A stretch of 64,000 bases of DNA from Hydrolagus colliei (GCA_035084275.1 CM068750.1:8866001-8930000); one strand, 5' to 3'. Numbered from the stretch's first letter, positions 1-13,564 are shown. The notes: generated from the letters alone by a model not told the origin. Made by a program: numbers and translations.

Positions 1-594
1 GTTGTTCACTGTTGTTTCACAGGGCTTTGAGCAATATTGAACACTGTACAGAAAATAAACACTTTGTTATGTTCTTTTGAAAGTGTCACCCACAATGGCT
101 ATCATTCCATAAACACTTCATCCATTTGAATATCCTCGACAATAAAGGAACAAAAATGGCCCAGAAAAAGCTTATTCCCAGTGACAAGCACCTTGACTGT
201 TTTTTCAGTAAATAAAAAACTGTTAATGTTTCATATTATGACTAACCAGCATTAAAGATGATTAGAGCAAGGACCATGATTTATACTGTCTGCTACTACT
301 AATTCTCTTCCTGACCTTCCCACCCAGAGCCAAGGGAAATTCCAAGTGTGTGCACCTAAATGGATGTGAAGAACTCCCTGTTGCCTAGGGCTATACTGGT
401 TGATTTTTAATCTTATTGAACAAATCAGTCAGTTGAATGTTATTGAGCAGAGGCTAAATCGGTGTGCTGCGCTTGAATTTACATTGTTGCTACTGCATGT
501 GAATCTGTGCCTTGTCCTTGTGTGTGTGTATGTGAGGTGGGGTGGGAAATTCCATTAGATAACGGTTGGTGTAAAAGTATGTAGATCTCCTTAC

Positions 595-670
595 CTTTTG
601 TGGAGACTGCCTCAGTATTCCTGTTACTTCATGTGGCAGATATAAAGGGACTGACATTGGTGTGCAGTAG
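595..670 (-). CDS. Candidate 76-nt internal exon; only open frame YCTPMSVPLYLPHEVTGILRQSPQK (may be non-coding)
   Basis: Minus strand: acceptor TTTATTTTCCCCCCTGCAG, donor AAG|GTAAGG; the other two frames contain stops. No protein recognised. Confidence 0.4.
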
Positions 671-2153
671 CTGCAGGGGGGAAAATAAATTCCCAATCAG
701 CTCCCCATTCAGAAACCGTAAGAATCCCTTTGTTCATTCTTTCCTCTGAAGACGAGAGCCTCCAATCTTCAATTATACTGTCTTAGTTAGCGTCTGTTCT
801 GTTAGCAATGTATTTACATTGCAGGCCTCAGATGAGAGATTCTCAAATTTGCATGAGATCTGCAGATACAACACAAGTGGCTTTAAAAGCTCTTGATATT
901 GATTCAGAAAAAAAAAGGTTGGAATGGCACAGAAACAATGGGTCAAATAGCCTCTTCTGTATAGAAAACGTCTCTGTTTGTGTAATAGACAAAATGCAGC
1001 ATGGATTCTGTTACTGAAAGCTTTCAATTTCAGTTCTCATTCTGGTTTGAGCATGGAACTATCAGCAGTGTACTGCAGAGAGCAATCCTTCTTTTCTCGA
1101 CTCACAATTGAATAAGAGGGAATGCAGATAGTCAGAATTACTCAGTTTATGTAAAACTTCTTTGTCATTTGTTAGTGCCGTTTTTATCTCATGTCTTGGT
1201 CTATAACGAAAGACTAATGCTGATGTGTGCACATGCTTAATCTTCAACCGACCAACAGCATCAGCCAATGAATAGAACAAAGCCGTACAATGCGAAAGCT
1301 GGTGTTTGGTTACGCTTAAAGTATAAGAGTAATGAAGAGGTAGAAGTCCGAAATTGCCGCAAATATTTTGCTTGTTTATCTTGGCATCACATCATACGGA
1401 CACTTTTTGGAACAACAGCAATCACATTACAGCACATCTCAGGAGTGATCCTGCAAATCTGACAGCTCATTAGCCAGCTTTAGGAAACCAAACTGCCTTT
1501 GAGGATTTCCACGGCCCCTTTATATTTTACACAGCGGCGGTAGTAAAAGTACACAAGATCTGCAGCTCTGAACGCAGAGCTCACAAAGCATGTTGTGTAC
1601 ACTCCTACGCTCTTTGGGTGGGATTGGAAAGTCCTATACATTTCATAAGAATGACAAACTCTTTCTCCTTCATTTCCACTTCACAAGGTGCCTGTCTGGA
1701 GGAGAAAATGGATTTCATCCGGAAAGCCCTCCTTTATAAAACGGCATGAGACTATATTGTTTTTCCGCCAGCATCACCAGACACCCTGGCACTGTTAAAC
1801 ACTAGCTGTTGTGAAGAAGGGTGCAAATTACTATAATTCACCTCACACTACTAGTAGCAGTTATTTTTATGGTTTTTTATTCCCTCCAATCGTACTCTGC
1901 ATTCTATACAACTGTATTCAGAATGTTAAAACGTCAGTCATAGGAAGGGATATTTCTTAAAAGTTAAATGCAGTAATAATGAGACTTAATCTGTCCCTTC
2001 CGTACATTTAAACCTAGCTATTTTACCACTTTAGAGATTTTCTGTAGGATTATAGGATACATATCTACCTTCCTAGGACACATCTGAAAAAATGAGTATT
2101 TTATAAATACTAATGATAGTAGCAATATTCCTTCACATTTGATATAGCGCCAT

Positions 2154-2473
2154 GTAGAGTCCTGTAGCTCAGTGGTTAGAGCGCTCACCTTGCAAGCGAG
2201 AGATTTGGGTTTGATTCCAGGCAGGGTGAAATCTTGGGCAAGTTTCCTTGCTCCACATGCCTGATAATAATCTCTCAACCACAAAAGAAACAATAATAAA
2301 TTGGTCACTTCAATCAAGGACTGTTTATTGGACATTGCAGTTCACACATGGCTGCTGTGTTTTGCCTACACGTATACAGTCAATTCACTTTACAGTAAAA
2401 CCTGTGAAGTGCTTTGAGCCGTCCAGAAGATGTGAAAAGCGCTATAGCAAATGTAAGTTATTATTATTATTAT
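2154..2473 (+). mobile_element. Full-length tRNA-derived SINE with Deu-like core and L2-type (TTA)n tail
   Basis: A box TAGCTCAGTGG, B-box-like GGTTTGATTCC, tail GTGAAAAGCGCTATAGCAAATGTAAG(TTA)n; aligns by eye with copies at 20191, 44747 and 51548. Confidence 0.9.
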
Positions 2474-3499
2474 ATATTCTTAAGATGTGTCAAAGTGCTT
2501 CACAGGATTTTCTGTAAAGTGGATTGACTATATTTTGTGAGCAAAATATTTTAGCTCAGGCATTAACTCAGGTTTAGTGGAATTTTATTAGATTTTTGGC
2601 GTGATTCACCTGTGTGTAAAATGTGTTTGCTGGAGAGTAGAATGTTGTACTGATTGGTCTAGGTACTTCTTATTCAGCAGCTCAACCCAAAGTGGAATCT
2701 GATCTGGGGCTGTGGAGTCATGGATACAGTCAGTGCCATTTAAAAAGGGACAAACAAGTAGGTTAGAAAACTGCTGAAATCAATTACATTATTTGACTAG
2801 TTTTGAGTATAATACAGTGCTATCTTCTTCCAGCAAAGAAGTGTACAGTGTACAAAACTCTCTTTTTGTACACGCAGCAGTTTTACTGGGATATATTTCC
2901 GCAAATGGGGCCAATCCCAGTGCCTCTGTCATGTGCTTTCAAGTAAATCCGAGGCATGGTCATTTCCATGAATCTCCCAAGTGGCAATCAAGAGATTTCA
3001 AATCTATATTGTCTTTTGCAAAATGACCGATGATCTCATTACTGTATTTGGTCGCTCCCCAGTGCAGCTGCAGAGGATTGAGAGATTCATCGGTTACTTA
3101 TAGCAACTGTAATTTTCCGTTACAGTTTGTGGAGTGGTGCAGTCGGTGTGGAAAGCTGAACAAAGCCAACGCATGGATCAGTAGTACTGTGATCAGTAGT
3201 ACTCTTAGATTATTAGTAATGAGCAATTCAATGATAATCATCAAACTTTGGTGTTTGTGCATTGAAGACATATTTGCTTTCTTCATGCTTTCTACTTTTA
3301 GATAATCCATTGGAAACTTGTCCTAACCTCTTACATTCGCTCAAGTGCTTTGAAAAATCCTCCCAATGTGAAAGATACCATGTAAATGTGAATTGTATGA
3401 TACATTCACAATTGATCAGTCTAATTGATCAATAATCCATACAAACAAGACTGTATCAAACTCTACATTAGTGACTGTACTTTGTAGATGAATGTCACA

Positions 3500-3735
3500 G
3501 TCAGTCTGTGCACAGCAGTGCCCCATAAATAGTAATGAAGTGAGTGACCAGGGATTTGAGGGATTAGAGGTCATGATATCAAGAGAAATGTCTATCTCTT
3601 TTTGAATAGTGCCATGAGATCTTTACTGTCCACCTTAACTTGCAAACATGATCTTAGTTAATCTGAACTAAGACATCTGTGATAATGCAACACCTCCCCT
3701 GGAGAGTCAATTTAGACTGTAAGTTCAAAGTTCCA
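3500..3735 (-). mobile_element. Old Deu-domain SINE fragment
   Basis: TTTTGAATAGTGCCATGAGATCTTTACTGTCCACC is the antisense of the central core seen at 15925-16190. Confidence 0.6.
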
Positions 3736-4389
3736 GGTGAGGTAATGAGCAGGTGATGGGGTTGGTATTCTGGAAGAGTGAGATCAGGTGGACAGAGGTC
3801 TTTCTTTTTCTCTGCCTTGCTTGTGATGTGAAAGCTATTTCAAACATAGTTTCACAGCAATGTCATTTTATTCTCACAGTAGCCACACCTAATTCATTCA
3901 TCTCAAGGTTAGAGGAAAGGAAGCCAAGTATAGGAGGTGAACATTTTGGGCTCACCTTGAATGGAATTAGCAGTTTGAGCATTTTGCGATGTCCATGTAA
4001 ACGTTATTCAGATTACCACTGTAATACGAAGGCAGGCTGCTCGAAAGGCTGGTCTGATTACCATCCCAAGAATTATCTGCACATTATTTTACAGAATTAA
4101 CTTCTAATTATTTTAATATTCGGTGGACAACATCTGTTACAATAAATATATTCTTCGCAGTGTTGCTCTTGGGGGATTGTACAATAACTGGGGAGAAATA
4201 CAGAACTCATGACACATTCCACTGCAGAACGTAATAACTGATAAAAAAAAATGTTCCTGTGAATTGCAATCAGCAGAATGGCACAGTAAAATGTATCTTG
4301 ATGAACTTCTCACACTTAACTGTTGGAAGGTGAAGTCACAGTGCAGAGAACGTAACAGAAAAAGTTTATCTTGTGTCAATTTCATCTCC

Positions 4390-4615
4390 TTTCTTCCCTC
4401 CCGCAGTCACTGATTGGCTGATTGGTGTACGGTTCCAAAGGCATCCCTTCGATAACTAGTGGCAAGTGGTTATTCTTAATGTGTGAGCCGAGATAACAAG
4501 TGTTGACAGGCAATCCAACTACAAAGCGTATCATAGCCCAGCCTGATGCTGTCCTCACCCAATGTCTACGCATGCATGCCTTTCAGCTGCAGTCACTGAA
4601 TAGTGACCAGGAATG
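4390..4615 (-). mobile_element. Ancient SINE-like interspersed repeat (same family at about 23100-23390, 34075-34270, 55800-56000)
   Basis: Shared degenerate motif CCTGATxxTGTCCTCACCCAATGT...CAGTCACTGAATAGTGACCAGGAA recurs in several copies; family name and orientation not certain. Confidence 0.45.
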
Positions 4616-5884
4616 ACAACAGCACAAACCAAGGCTTGAAAGTACAACTTTGTGTTTCTAAAAAGAACACATTTTAATGAATCCTGCAGAGGGGCACATA
4701 ATCATTTTGTCAGATAAATTATGGAACAGATGATCCAGGTGCTGGAAGCTCAGTAGATCCACTTGAATTGTGTACACTTTAATATTAATCTCACTGGGAT
4801 TACGATTAATATATCTTGTTTGTTAATTTTCCTCCAAGAATATAATCTGCTTCTGCTGAGAATCAAAAATCTCCCAAATATGTAAATAAATGAACAGTGT
4901 CCAAGGAAATATTCTATTCATGTTCTCCCTAAGTCACTACTTCATAGTTTGCCTGAAACAAATTGCATTTCTGACTATCTACTCAAATATTCACTTGTTC
5001 CCTTATTTTGCAATGGTTCAGCATTACAAATAGGTAAGGTATATGAAAATCAGCTAGTGACAAATTTAGACCATTGAGGTTAACACCAGTAACGTCTTAC
5101 ATTTAAATAGAGTGTTTCACAACAAGACAGACAAGCATTTAGTTGGGTGAGAACCAACAACATAGATTAGCAAGAAAGAGCAAGTTAGAGATAGGCTGGT
5201 TATTTGAGAAGAGAGGTTGTTTGAAGCTGTTTCCAAATGACAAATGACATTTCTTAAGGAGCGGAAGCAACTGACAACGTCAGTGAGCATGGGGCCAAGA
5301 AGGGTAGTTGAATAGGCAGAAGATTCAAGACAGGGTCATCTGGGGGGTGGAGGGGAAGGAGATTGAAAGCAGTGGTTGTTCGTGGATGTTAGAAATCTAC
5401 AGAATATCATGTGCAAAAGCATTGCAAAAAATAATTAATAATAATGAGCCTTGAATTTGACATGGCGCATTTCACTTCGGAGGACTTCTCAAAACACTTC
5501 GCAGGATATATTATCGGGTGAATAGGTGATGGAAAATAATGTATACTCGGAGAACAGCCAAGAAATTCAATACCTGAACAATTTGAGTAAGACAATCATA
5601 ATGCACACAGTAATTTAATTACAAAAGAAGTCGAGAAATTAAAGTTTGACGTGAAAAAAGCAATGTGGTTTTGGTCAATTCTGCAGTAGAAATGAGGGAA
5701 AGATGCTTTGTCAAGGAATTTCCATTACCTCAGAGTTCCCTGCCAATTTCTAATCTGTTTGTCGGAAATGAGGATTTGTTTAAAAAATGAACCCCTTCCC
5801 TCTGGGATGCCGATTGATCTGTAACTGCTGTAATCATGCAATAGTTCTCATAATGCATTAGTTCTTCCTGGCAGGACAAAACGT

Positions 5885-6128
5885 TAGGCACTTTTCCTTA
5901 CTCCACATGCCTCTGCTTACCTAGCAGTAAGAAGGAACCCGGTTCTAGGTCGATTGGCGGATTGCTTTTCTTGGGTTAATAATAAAAAATCACTCAATCC
6001 ACAGCTGTTTGTAGGACACTACTGTGCGCAATTAGTTGCCGTGTTTTGAGTATATTCTGTGAAGTGCTTTGAGACATCTCGAAGATGTGACAAGACGCTA
6101 ATTCAAATGCAAGGGTTATTATTATTAT
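5885..6128 (+). mobile_element. 5'-truncated tRNA-SINE variant
   Basis: TTTCCTTACTCCACATGCC ... GTGAAGTGCTTTGAGACATCTCGAAGATGTG ... (TTA)n tail. Confidence 0.75.
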
Positions 6129-6948
6129 TTTGCACTCAATGAAATGATATGCATAATGCATATTTTAGATGACAGGATATTTAAATAGATTGAGATACAC
6201 TCATTTGCTTCTAAAGTGGACAGTGCTCCTTTATGTTCCCTTTGTCAAAAGAAAACATGAATTTCCAATTTTTATTGGTATTTAGGAGGTATTCTTTATA
6301 ACTGAATGTGTCTAAAATTAAACCTGTCCAAATAACTAATTCAACAAAAATGCTCCAGTGACATTATAAGGAAAATATGTCTGCCAGATGATGTCAGTAA
6401 AAGTTCACTTCTTTGGTAGTAACTTGATCTTGATAAGTTCTGACTCACACATTTATGGATAAAGGAGGTGGAAGTGAAGATTAGAGTCTTTTGGCTCTAC
6501 ATCGTGGATTTTTCCCATCTTGTGGATCGGAATTAGAGTGTTGGGAAAGTCGTGTGGGTTGCTCCATCATTGCAGAGCCATGTTAATCATGATTTGTATC
6601 ATGATTACATGCTTTGTATCTTGACTAAAACACAAACTTGAGATAAGAGAATACATTTCAGACATTGAAAGGTGTAAAAATAACCAGTAATCAAGATATA
6701 TAAATGTGGTTAAGATAGTTAGATTTCTCGTTTGCTATCCAAATGAGAATGTTGTTGTTGCTTTTGAATATAAGTGTTCTGAGTAACTCTAGTTTTATTG
6801 TAACACATATTCACTGTAGCAAAATCTGTTCATGCTTAGTTTGTTTGCATCAGCCAGTCGGGAACTGTGTGCCACTTCTTTGATGTTTTGCAGTCATATA
6901 ATGGTGTCACAAATTAGTAACAGTACTCGTTAACACCTTTATGCTAAC

Positions 6949-7420
6949 TAGGGTCCGTTGATATGGAAATTTTCGGATATCGATATATCGGTGGGCTCAT
7001 ATCGATATATACCGATATCGCTAGGTTTCTTTATCCTTTCTTTATCCTGTGTATGCGCGCGCATTCGATGTGCGCGCCTTGGGACGTCCTCCCGACGTGA
7101 AAGGCGCTATATAAATGTAAATTGTTGTTGTTGTTGTTGCGCGCGCATTCGGTGTGCGCACGCATTCCGATATGCGCGCACATCCCGTGCTCTAGGCCCA
7201 GGAGGTTTGCAATACGGCGACAAGGTAAGTTGAAAAAGTTCGCATTATACCGATATACCCGATATATCGATATATCGCCAGACACGATATACCGATATTT
7301 GCGATATACCAATTTTTTTTATATACCAAATTTTTCGATGTACCGATATATTGAAATTTCCAATATCGGCATATCGATATGAAAAATTATACCGATATAT
7401 CGATATATCGCCAGACACTA
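6949..7420. mobile_element. Non-autonomous hAT-type DNA transposon (MITE) with CGATAT subterminal repeats
   Basis: Perfect 8-bp TSD ATGCTAAC at 6941-6948 and 7421-7428; imperfect TIRs TAGGGTCCGTTGATAT / TAGTGTCTGGCGATAT; many CGATAT/ATATCG motifs with intact CpGs. Confidence 0.85.
7076..7139 (+). mobile_element. L2 LINE 3' tail nested in the MITE
   Basis: GCCTTGGGACGTCCTCCCGACGTGAAAGGCGCTATATAAATGTAAA(TTG)n, nearly identical to 33328-33401. Confidence 0.85.
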
Positions 7421-9164
7421 ATGCTAACTTATCTCAATAAAAAAATACTTTTTCTACAAATGGACGCACTTTAAAGCTAGCATTGAGGGTACCATACTTT
7501 ACTAGTGCCATGAGGCACTAAACAACAACAACAACAAAATTACATTAGTATAAAAATAGAAGACTGACCACAGAAATAAAAAGCAAAGCAAATGGTTTTA
7601 CAAACTGCATTAGATTGATTCAAAAATTAAAACGTCCCTTAGAAACAGATGGGAGAAGTGGAAAATTGACTTGAAAGGAGGGAGAAAACATGGCAGCAAA
7701 TGGCTGTAAAAATAAATGAGAAGAAAATTGGGGCACAAGGGATGCTAACATTAATGACATTTCCACTAGTTGAACCTTCCTTCACCCATCAACATAGCCA
7801 CAGAGAGCTTGGTGGACCTTAAAGGAGAATGATTTTAATGCTGGGCCTCAAAGTGAATATGAATGAAAGCCAGGTACTCCATTTATGATGGGATGGATGC
7901 AGACCGTTCAATATAATTTATTTACACTGGCCAAATAGTGTGGAACACTGCCCTAATCATCTCATCAACCATCACAGGTTTACATCAGAAAACCTTGAAC
8001 TTTGGTAATTGTGTCACAGGCAGCCAGCTTTCATTGTTTAATCTTTGTGACTCACTACACACTCAGAAATGTTTCAACCTTGAACAGAAGTTTCAAACGA
8101 TTCCATTGGCAGAATTTTGTGCAGCCTCCTGAATATGATCGAGCTGAATCCCCTTAGAAATGGTTTCTGAGCAGTCTGCTCCCACTTCTCCAGGAAGGGA
8201 AGTCCTGGGGGGGTGGATCCAAGAGAGTGCAACAACCACCAATTCTATCTCCTCATCTCCCCACTCACCCACCTCCACCTCCGCCATCCTCGCCCACACT
8301 CACATCCTGTTTTTGAAATTACAATGTTTTCAAATTAATAATTGCCTTGTGGACCTCCTCAGTCCGATTCACTTCAGTTTGAGATGGAATGATTCATTGC
8401 TTCCTGAAAATGTAGTATATAAAGCCCACCTCTCTCCTAAACTCCCTCCCAAAAGGGTTCCAGTATCCTGTTGCTCAGGACCAGGCTTGTCCTCTCTGTC
8501 TGCTATTCCTTCTATTCTACATGCTGAAGAAGCCCTCGTCACCCTCTTCACGTAGCTCTTCCACAGCTGCAGCCATGCCAACTCCAAATGATCAGCCCAC
8601 AAATGCCCCAGAGAGAAGCTAACATACAGATGCTGAAGTCATGCAGTCCACAGTTATCCCGGAGGTGACTACAGCTGTTCCAGTTGCCTGCCAAGTCAAC
8701 TCCCCTCTTCCTCTCTTCTTCCCTCCCCAAGCAAGGATAAATTCAGAAACTGCATCAAAATAAGCCAAGCCAAGAATTAAAATGCTGCATTGTGAATAAT
8801 TTTAAGCTGAGTGATTAGTGATTTTGATCAATGTATTGAGATTTGCTTGAATTTATTCTTCTGCTGATTTATATTTCCGTAAACCTTTTTTAGACCTTTA
8901 TAATTTAGAACAAATAGTACGTGCAGGTGATTGTGAAAGGCCATCTGGAACTGTTGAACCAAACATAACTGAATATGTTGGAGAATGCATTCCTTTAGCA
9001 AAACAATGAATTCGAGATGCGTGAAATACATTGGTTCCATGCTCTGAAATCCAGCAAATATGACATTAAATTCGCTTGGTTTAAGCTCTTGCTCCTGATG
9101 CCACTTCTGCGTTGCTCTTCCTACATTGAACCTTCACAAATCCTTCCTCTTCTACCATGCTTCA

Positions 9165-9566
9165 ACCATGAGGATTGAATTCAAGATCCTCTCACTCGTT
9201 TTCACATCCCTTTTGAAATCCCTCTCGCACCTCCCTACCTATCCGATCTGCTTTCCGCCACTCCACCACCCATTGCCTCAGCTCATGCTGGCTCCAGCCT
9301 CCTGTTTGTCTCCCTTCCCCTACACTCCACCATCGGTGACCGGGAATTCAGCCATTATGTCCTGAAACTCTGAAACTTTCTCTCTCAATTCTGCTTCCTT
9401 GCCTTGTCGATCACCACTTTCAAATCCCACCTGAAGCCCATCTTTTTTGATCGTGCTTACGGTCATCTCCCACCTCTCTCCTTGGCTCGGTGCCAGACTC
9501 CATCCATTGTCAAACGTTCCAGGAAACTAACCCAAATGAAGTCCGTTACACAAGTTCATGTTGTTG
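9165..9566 (+). mobile_element. L2 LINE 3' fragment (ORF2 C-terminus plus 3' UTR)
   Basis: Translates to RIEFKILSLVFTSL..(LA)PPYLSDLL, typical of the L2 ORF2 C-terminus; ends in a TTG tail. Confidence 0.8.
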
Positions 9567-11092
9567 TGTGATAATGTTATTGCATGATTGGTGACACATG
9601 CCTCAAGTTTGTCTTCAAACAAAAATGTGTAAATGCAATTGCATAGTCTGCTGGAGATGATACCACTAGTGAGGATTTAGGACAGTCTCTTATACAAGCT
9701 GCTTCTGGAGTTTCCAATCCTTCCAAAAAACACGCATCAGATATGGCACTCGTGCCCCTATTGATGTAGTTTCAGAACTCAGCCTGGTCTTTACATGTTT
9801 GAAAAATAGTTTTGCAATTACACTTGAACCTGAATATCACAACATAAGTCATGCCTGGTATATGTAAAGTAGAAAATAACAGCAGACTGTGATAATTGTT
9901 TTGTTAAATTACTATGAGAAAGAGTAACAGTATTGACATTGCAGCTGTAAAAACAGCAATCTTAACTGTTTAAATAAGAAAACAATATGATATTGTCAAA
10001 GACAATTGAGCTCATTACGCTTAACCCACAGATCATGCAACACTTATCCAATCAGCAATGTTTCAAAATGTACATATTTGTCTGTGATTTTGGTAATCTT
10101 TCTCATTTCCCACCCCTCTCAGTTCCCACCCCCAGTTTAAGTGATGCACTGTGATTTTGCTTCGGGACATTCTTATGACATGAATGGCACTATATAAATG
10201 TACAATGTTACGACTTCATTCCACCCATTCAAACCTCTATTTTCCCAAACAGGGAAAATTCTGTTATACGTATAATCCTTTCATTTGATATGTATATATA
10301 TTTGACTTGATGTCCAACCTCACTACTGTACAGCAATCCAAGACACTATCCTGTGTTAATATCAGAGGATCAACTTGAAATTGAGTTGATCTGTGGCTGG
10401 CTCAGTTATCTGGTTCCTGTGCCAGGCAGTTCAGAATGAACCAGCCAATATGACTCATTAGGTAAATTAGGGTTTAGATAAATTAGGTCTATCCTTCCAA
10501 GAATAGAATAAATACACCATAGCAGACAAATAAAAAGTTTGAATACATAAGTAGAGCTTTCAGTAGGTTGGTTTGGAGACCCTTCCTGATGGGTTTGCAC
10601 TTGTATCAGATACCTGACTGACAGCAACCCCATGTAGCGCTAAAGATTTTCCTTTTCCCTCTACCTTGTCTTTTCCTTTAAGTTATTTGCCCTTATTTTA
10701 CAGTATTGAGGTCCTTCCCGCATTATTTCTGATGACCACAATTTTTTGGGGGGGCAGGCAGATGTCTGACTTGCTGAGATCCATCACAGTGCTTGAGAGT
10801 TTCCGTGCATCACTCCGACACATGGATAGACTGTTGGAATACAATGCACACTCGCTCCCTTGAGGGACGCATAACTAGGGAGGTGTGGTTACCTAATTCC
10901 CAGAAGTATTAGGCACAGATTTGCAAGAGCCAATGCTTGGGGACCATACAGCATGCATTGGGGGTACTGCTGGAATCCAACCAGCTAACAACAGCATAGA
11001 CATTGATGATGTATAGATTAAAACAAAGCTTTCACCTTCATTTGTAGAGATTGAGAACTGAACGCAGCATTAACGTGCTGTCTCTCCAACAG

Positions 11093-11105
11093 ATGACCTG
11101 CAAAC
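11093..11105 (+). other. Candidate 13-nt microexon ATGACCTGCAAAC
   Basis: GCATTAACGTGCTGTCTCTCCAACAG acceptor (TTAAC branch-like motif, TGC motif) and AAC|GTAAGC donor; CpGs retained locally. Confidence 0.35.
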
Positions 11106-11977
11106 GTAAGCCAGGCCTGACTCCTACTGGCGGCGATATTCAAAATGGGAATGGCCCACGGCACAGAGGGTTACCGGACCACTGCTGAGTAGCAGTAGTG
11201 GCATCTAGATTTATTTATTTACCCACAATTGACCTCCCATGACTGATGGTCAAAGTGTTGAGGTAGGATGATAGTGACAGATTAAAAGTTTCACTTTATT
11301 TTTTACTGCTTTCTGATCTGTTAATAAATACCATGTCTTTTATTCAATTTCTATCTCCCACTTGTTAGTGTGTCTCTGGAGGTATCAAGCCTTTTTGTTC
11401 AGGATTATATAGTATTTCTCAATATAAATAATCTTACCCTAGAGACTGATGGTATTTACAGTGTGTGAAGTGCAATTGCACCCAATAAATTCTTCAGTTT
11501 TTTTTAGTTCATTGGGAGGTCATGTGGATTTTAATCCAATATTCTCTGTAATTTGACTGCCTTATGTTACATTGATTAACTAGCCTCTTGTGCAGTTATT
11601 ATTTGACCTGGAAGAACCATTGCATGCCTCATTTACTGGCTATTTCCTTGCAGCAGTAGCAGAATGAGTCAAGCTGTACTTGATCAGAAATGCTCGTCCG
11701 AGTTAATTAAGGTGGTTGAATTCATTCTATTTAGCTGACACTGATCACGTAGCATGACTACTGCAAATAGGAACAGGTTAATTCACTACCGGTAATTTGG
11801 TTTTCTCCTGAATTTGTTAAGCCTCTCAAGAACCTTGCCTCCTCCTTTGCCCTCACTCGGACAAGCCGAGTTTGGAACGGGAATTATTTATTCCACATTT
11901 TATGAGGGAATCTAGTTGCGCCAGAGATTTCTTCCATTAACCGGTTTTAGTAATGAATGTTCAGTTTATGATGTTTA

Positions 11978-12110
11978 ACAACAACAAAAACAACAACAAA
12001 ATTACACTCGTATAGCACCTTTCATATCAGAAGGATGTCACAAGGCACTGGACAGTCAATGTTTCAGACCCGAGCTGGAGTGGCCAATGGCGTCATCGAA
12101 GAGGAGTGAT
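11978..12110 (-). mobile_element. L2 3' tail fragment
   Basis: (CAA)n followed by ATTACACTCGTATAGCACCTTTCATATCAGAAGGATGTC, the antisense L2 tail. Confidence 0.75.
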
Positions 12111-13055
12111 AAATCACTTACAAAGTGATAAACATAATTATTAGACTATAAATTCAGACTCTGTTTATCCTGAAACAACAAATCAGCACAGACCCAAATC
12201 CCATGGAACAGGATAACCCCAACTATGAATTGCTCAAATGTACCCATAACACTTTTTTTATTTTGCAATACTTCCAAAGAGACAGCATCCAGAGAGCTCA
12301 CACACGCTCATTCATCACAGGACCAATGTACAACAAATGGTACCTTTTCTGTAAGGGCACCATTCCATACTGCTTTGCTGACTTTGCTCTAGGCAGTAAT
12401 CCAGCTCGTATCAAGAAAAAAATTCTCATAATATCGTACAGATTCTGTTATTCATGCATGAAGTCAGCAAGATGGAGGTCAGTATTTATGGGGAGGGAAT
12501 GTTGATGTTTTTGTCTCTTCAGTGCAGCCAAACAAAATGCAGCTGTCCCTTTAAAAGCATTTTTGCTGAATAGTGAGCATTAAAAGGGGTCATTATCACC
12601 ACAGTGGGGAGTTTGCAATGATTCACTGGTTCTGGGAAAAACTATAAGGAAAAAAGTCTGTTTAGAGGAAGTTGGTGTAGCACCTGCATTTGCCACTGTC
12701 ATGGAGAGTTCATAAGGTTCATAAGGACCTGATTGTAGATGGGATTTTCAACTAAAATGTGGGGAGAAGTGTCTATATAATGATATTGTGACATCGGTCA
12801 TACTGTATTACTGATCTGTCCTGACTTCACCAACTTGGGCATGTGTCTTGTATATGATTTTTCTGGCTGTTTGTATCTATTTAAAATGCATGTAGTAGAA
12901 AGTACAGCTTGGTTCAATTTTCTTTCCTCCTCCCCGTGGAAGAAGGGTATGTAAGGACATCTTAACATTTCTGGACATAATTATTTGCTCATTTTTTGTA
13001 ACTAAATGTCTGAAGTTTTGGATAGAAAAGAAATGTAGTGTTTTGTTATATGAAA

Positions 13056-13080
13056 ATATATATATATATATATATATATA
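13056..13080. repeat. (AT)n microsatellite
   Basis: Direct reading. Confidence 0.95.
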
Positions 13081-13564
13081 AAAAGGGCAGGTCAGACTTT
13101 TTGGCTGACTGCTCCATTGTGGAACGCATACATTGTAATGTGCAAAATCAGTACCAGAAGGCTCCATGCGACTGCCAACAATCTGTGGGATTTATATGAG
13201 CAAGACTGCCTCGGTGGGCCTTATCTCATCATGTTCATCAATGACATATGCTCCAATAGATGAGCTTCCATATTGTATTCCAAAGTAGCTACATAAACTA
13301 TCCTCGGCATGACTTTAGTTCTCTCTTGTTGCGAATAATATTCAAATTTTCTCATCCTCAGCCAACAAAGTTGAGCGCTTTCCAATGTTTTTTATGCTGT
13401 TAAGTAGCTGGTTGGGAATTTGCAATTATTGATATGATGGGTGATGGCAACTTTATACTTCTGAAGCCAATGCCAAAGAGCTCATCTGAAGGAAGGTGCC
13501 TTTGGTATAGGTTGAAATGTAACTGTTTCCCCCTTCTGCAGATGGGCTGCTCCAGACCAGTGTT

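Noticed and set aside
2154-2230. tRNA gene
   Set aside because: The tRNA-like head runs into a SINE body and tail and recurs at 20478, 45060 and 51548; no complete cloverleaf.
1688-3184. Plus-strand mini-ORFs after acceptors (GACLEEKMDFIRKALLYKTA*, CGVVQSVWKAEQSQRMDQ*)
   Set aside because: No convincing donors or homology; too short to support.
6958-7382. Three overlapping ORFs / CRISPR-like repeats
   Set aside because: Products of palindromic CGATAT subterminal repeats in the MITE; no constant repeat-spacer period, and the DNA is eukaryotic.
8160-8730. 131-aa ORF and overlapping ORFs
   Set aside because: Pyrimidine-rich, degenerate L2-like sequence giving low-complexity translations.
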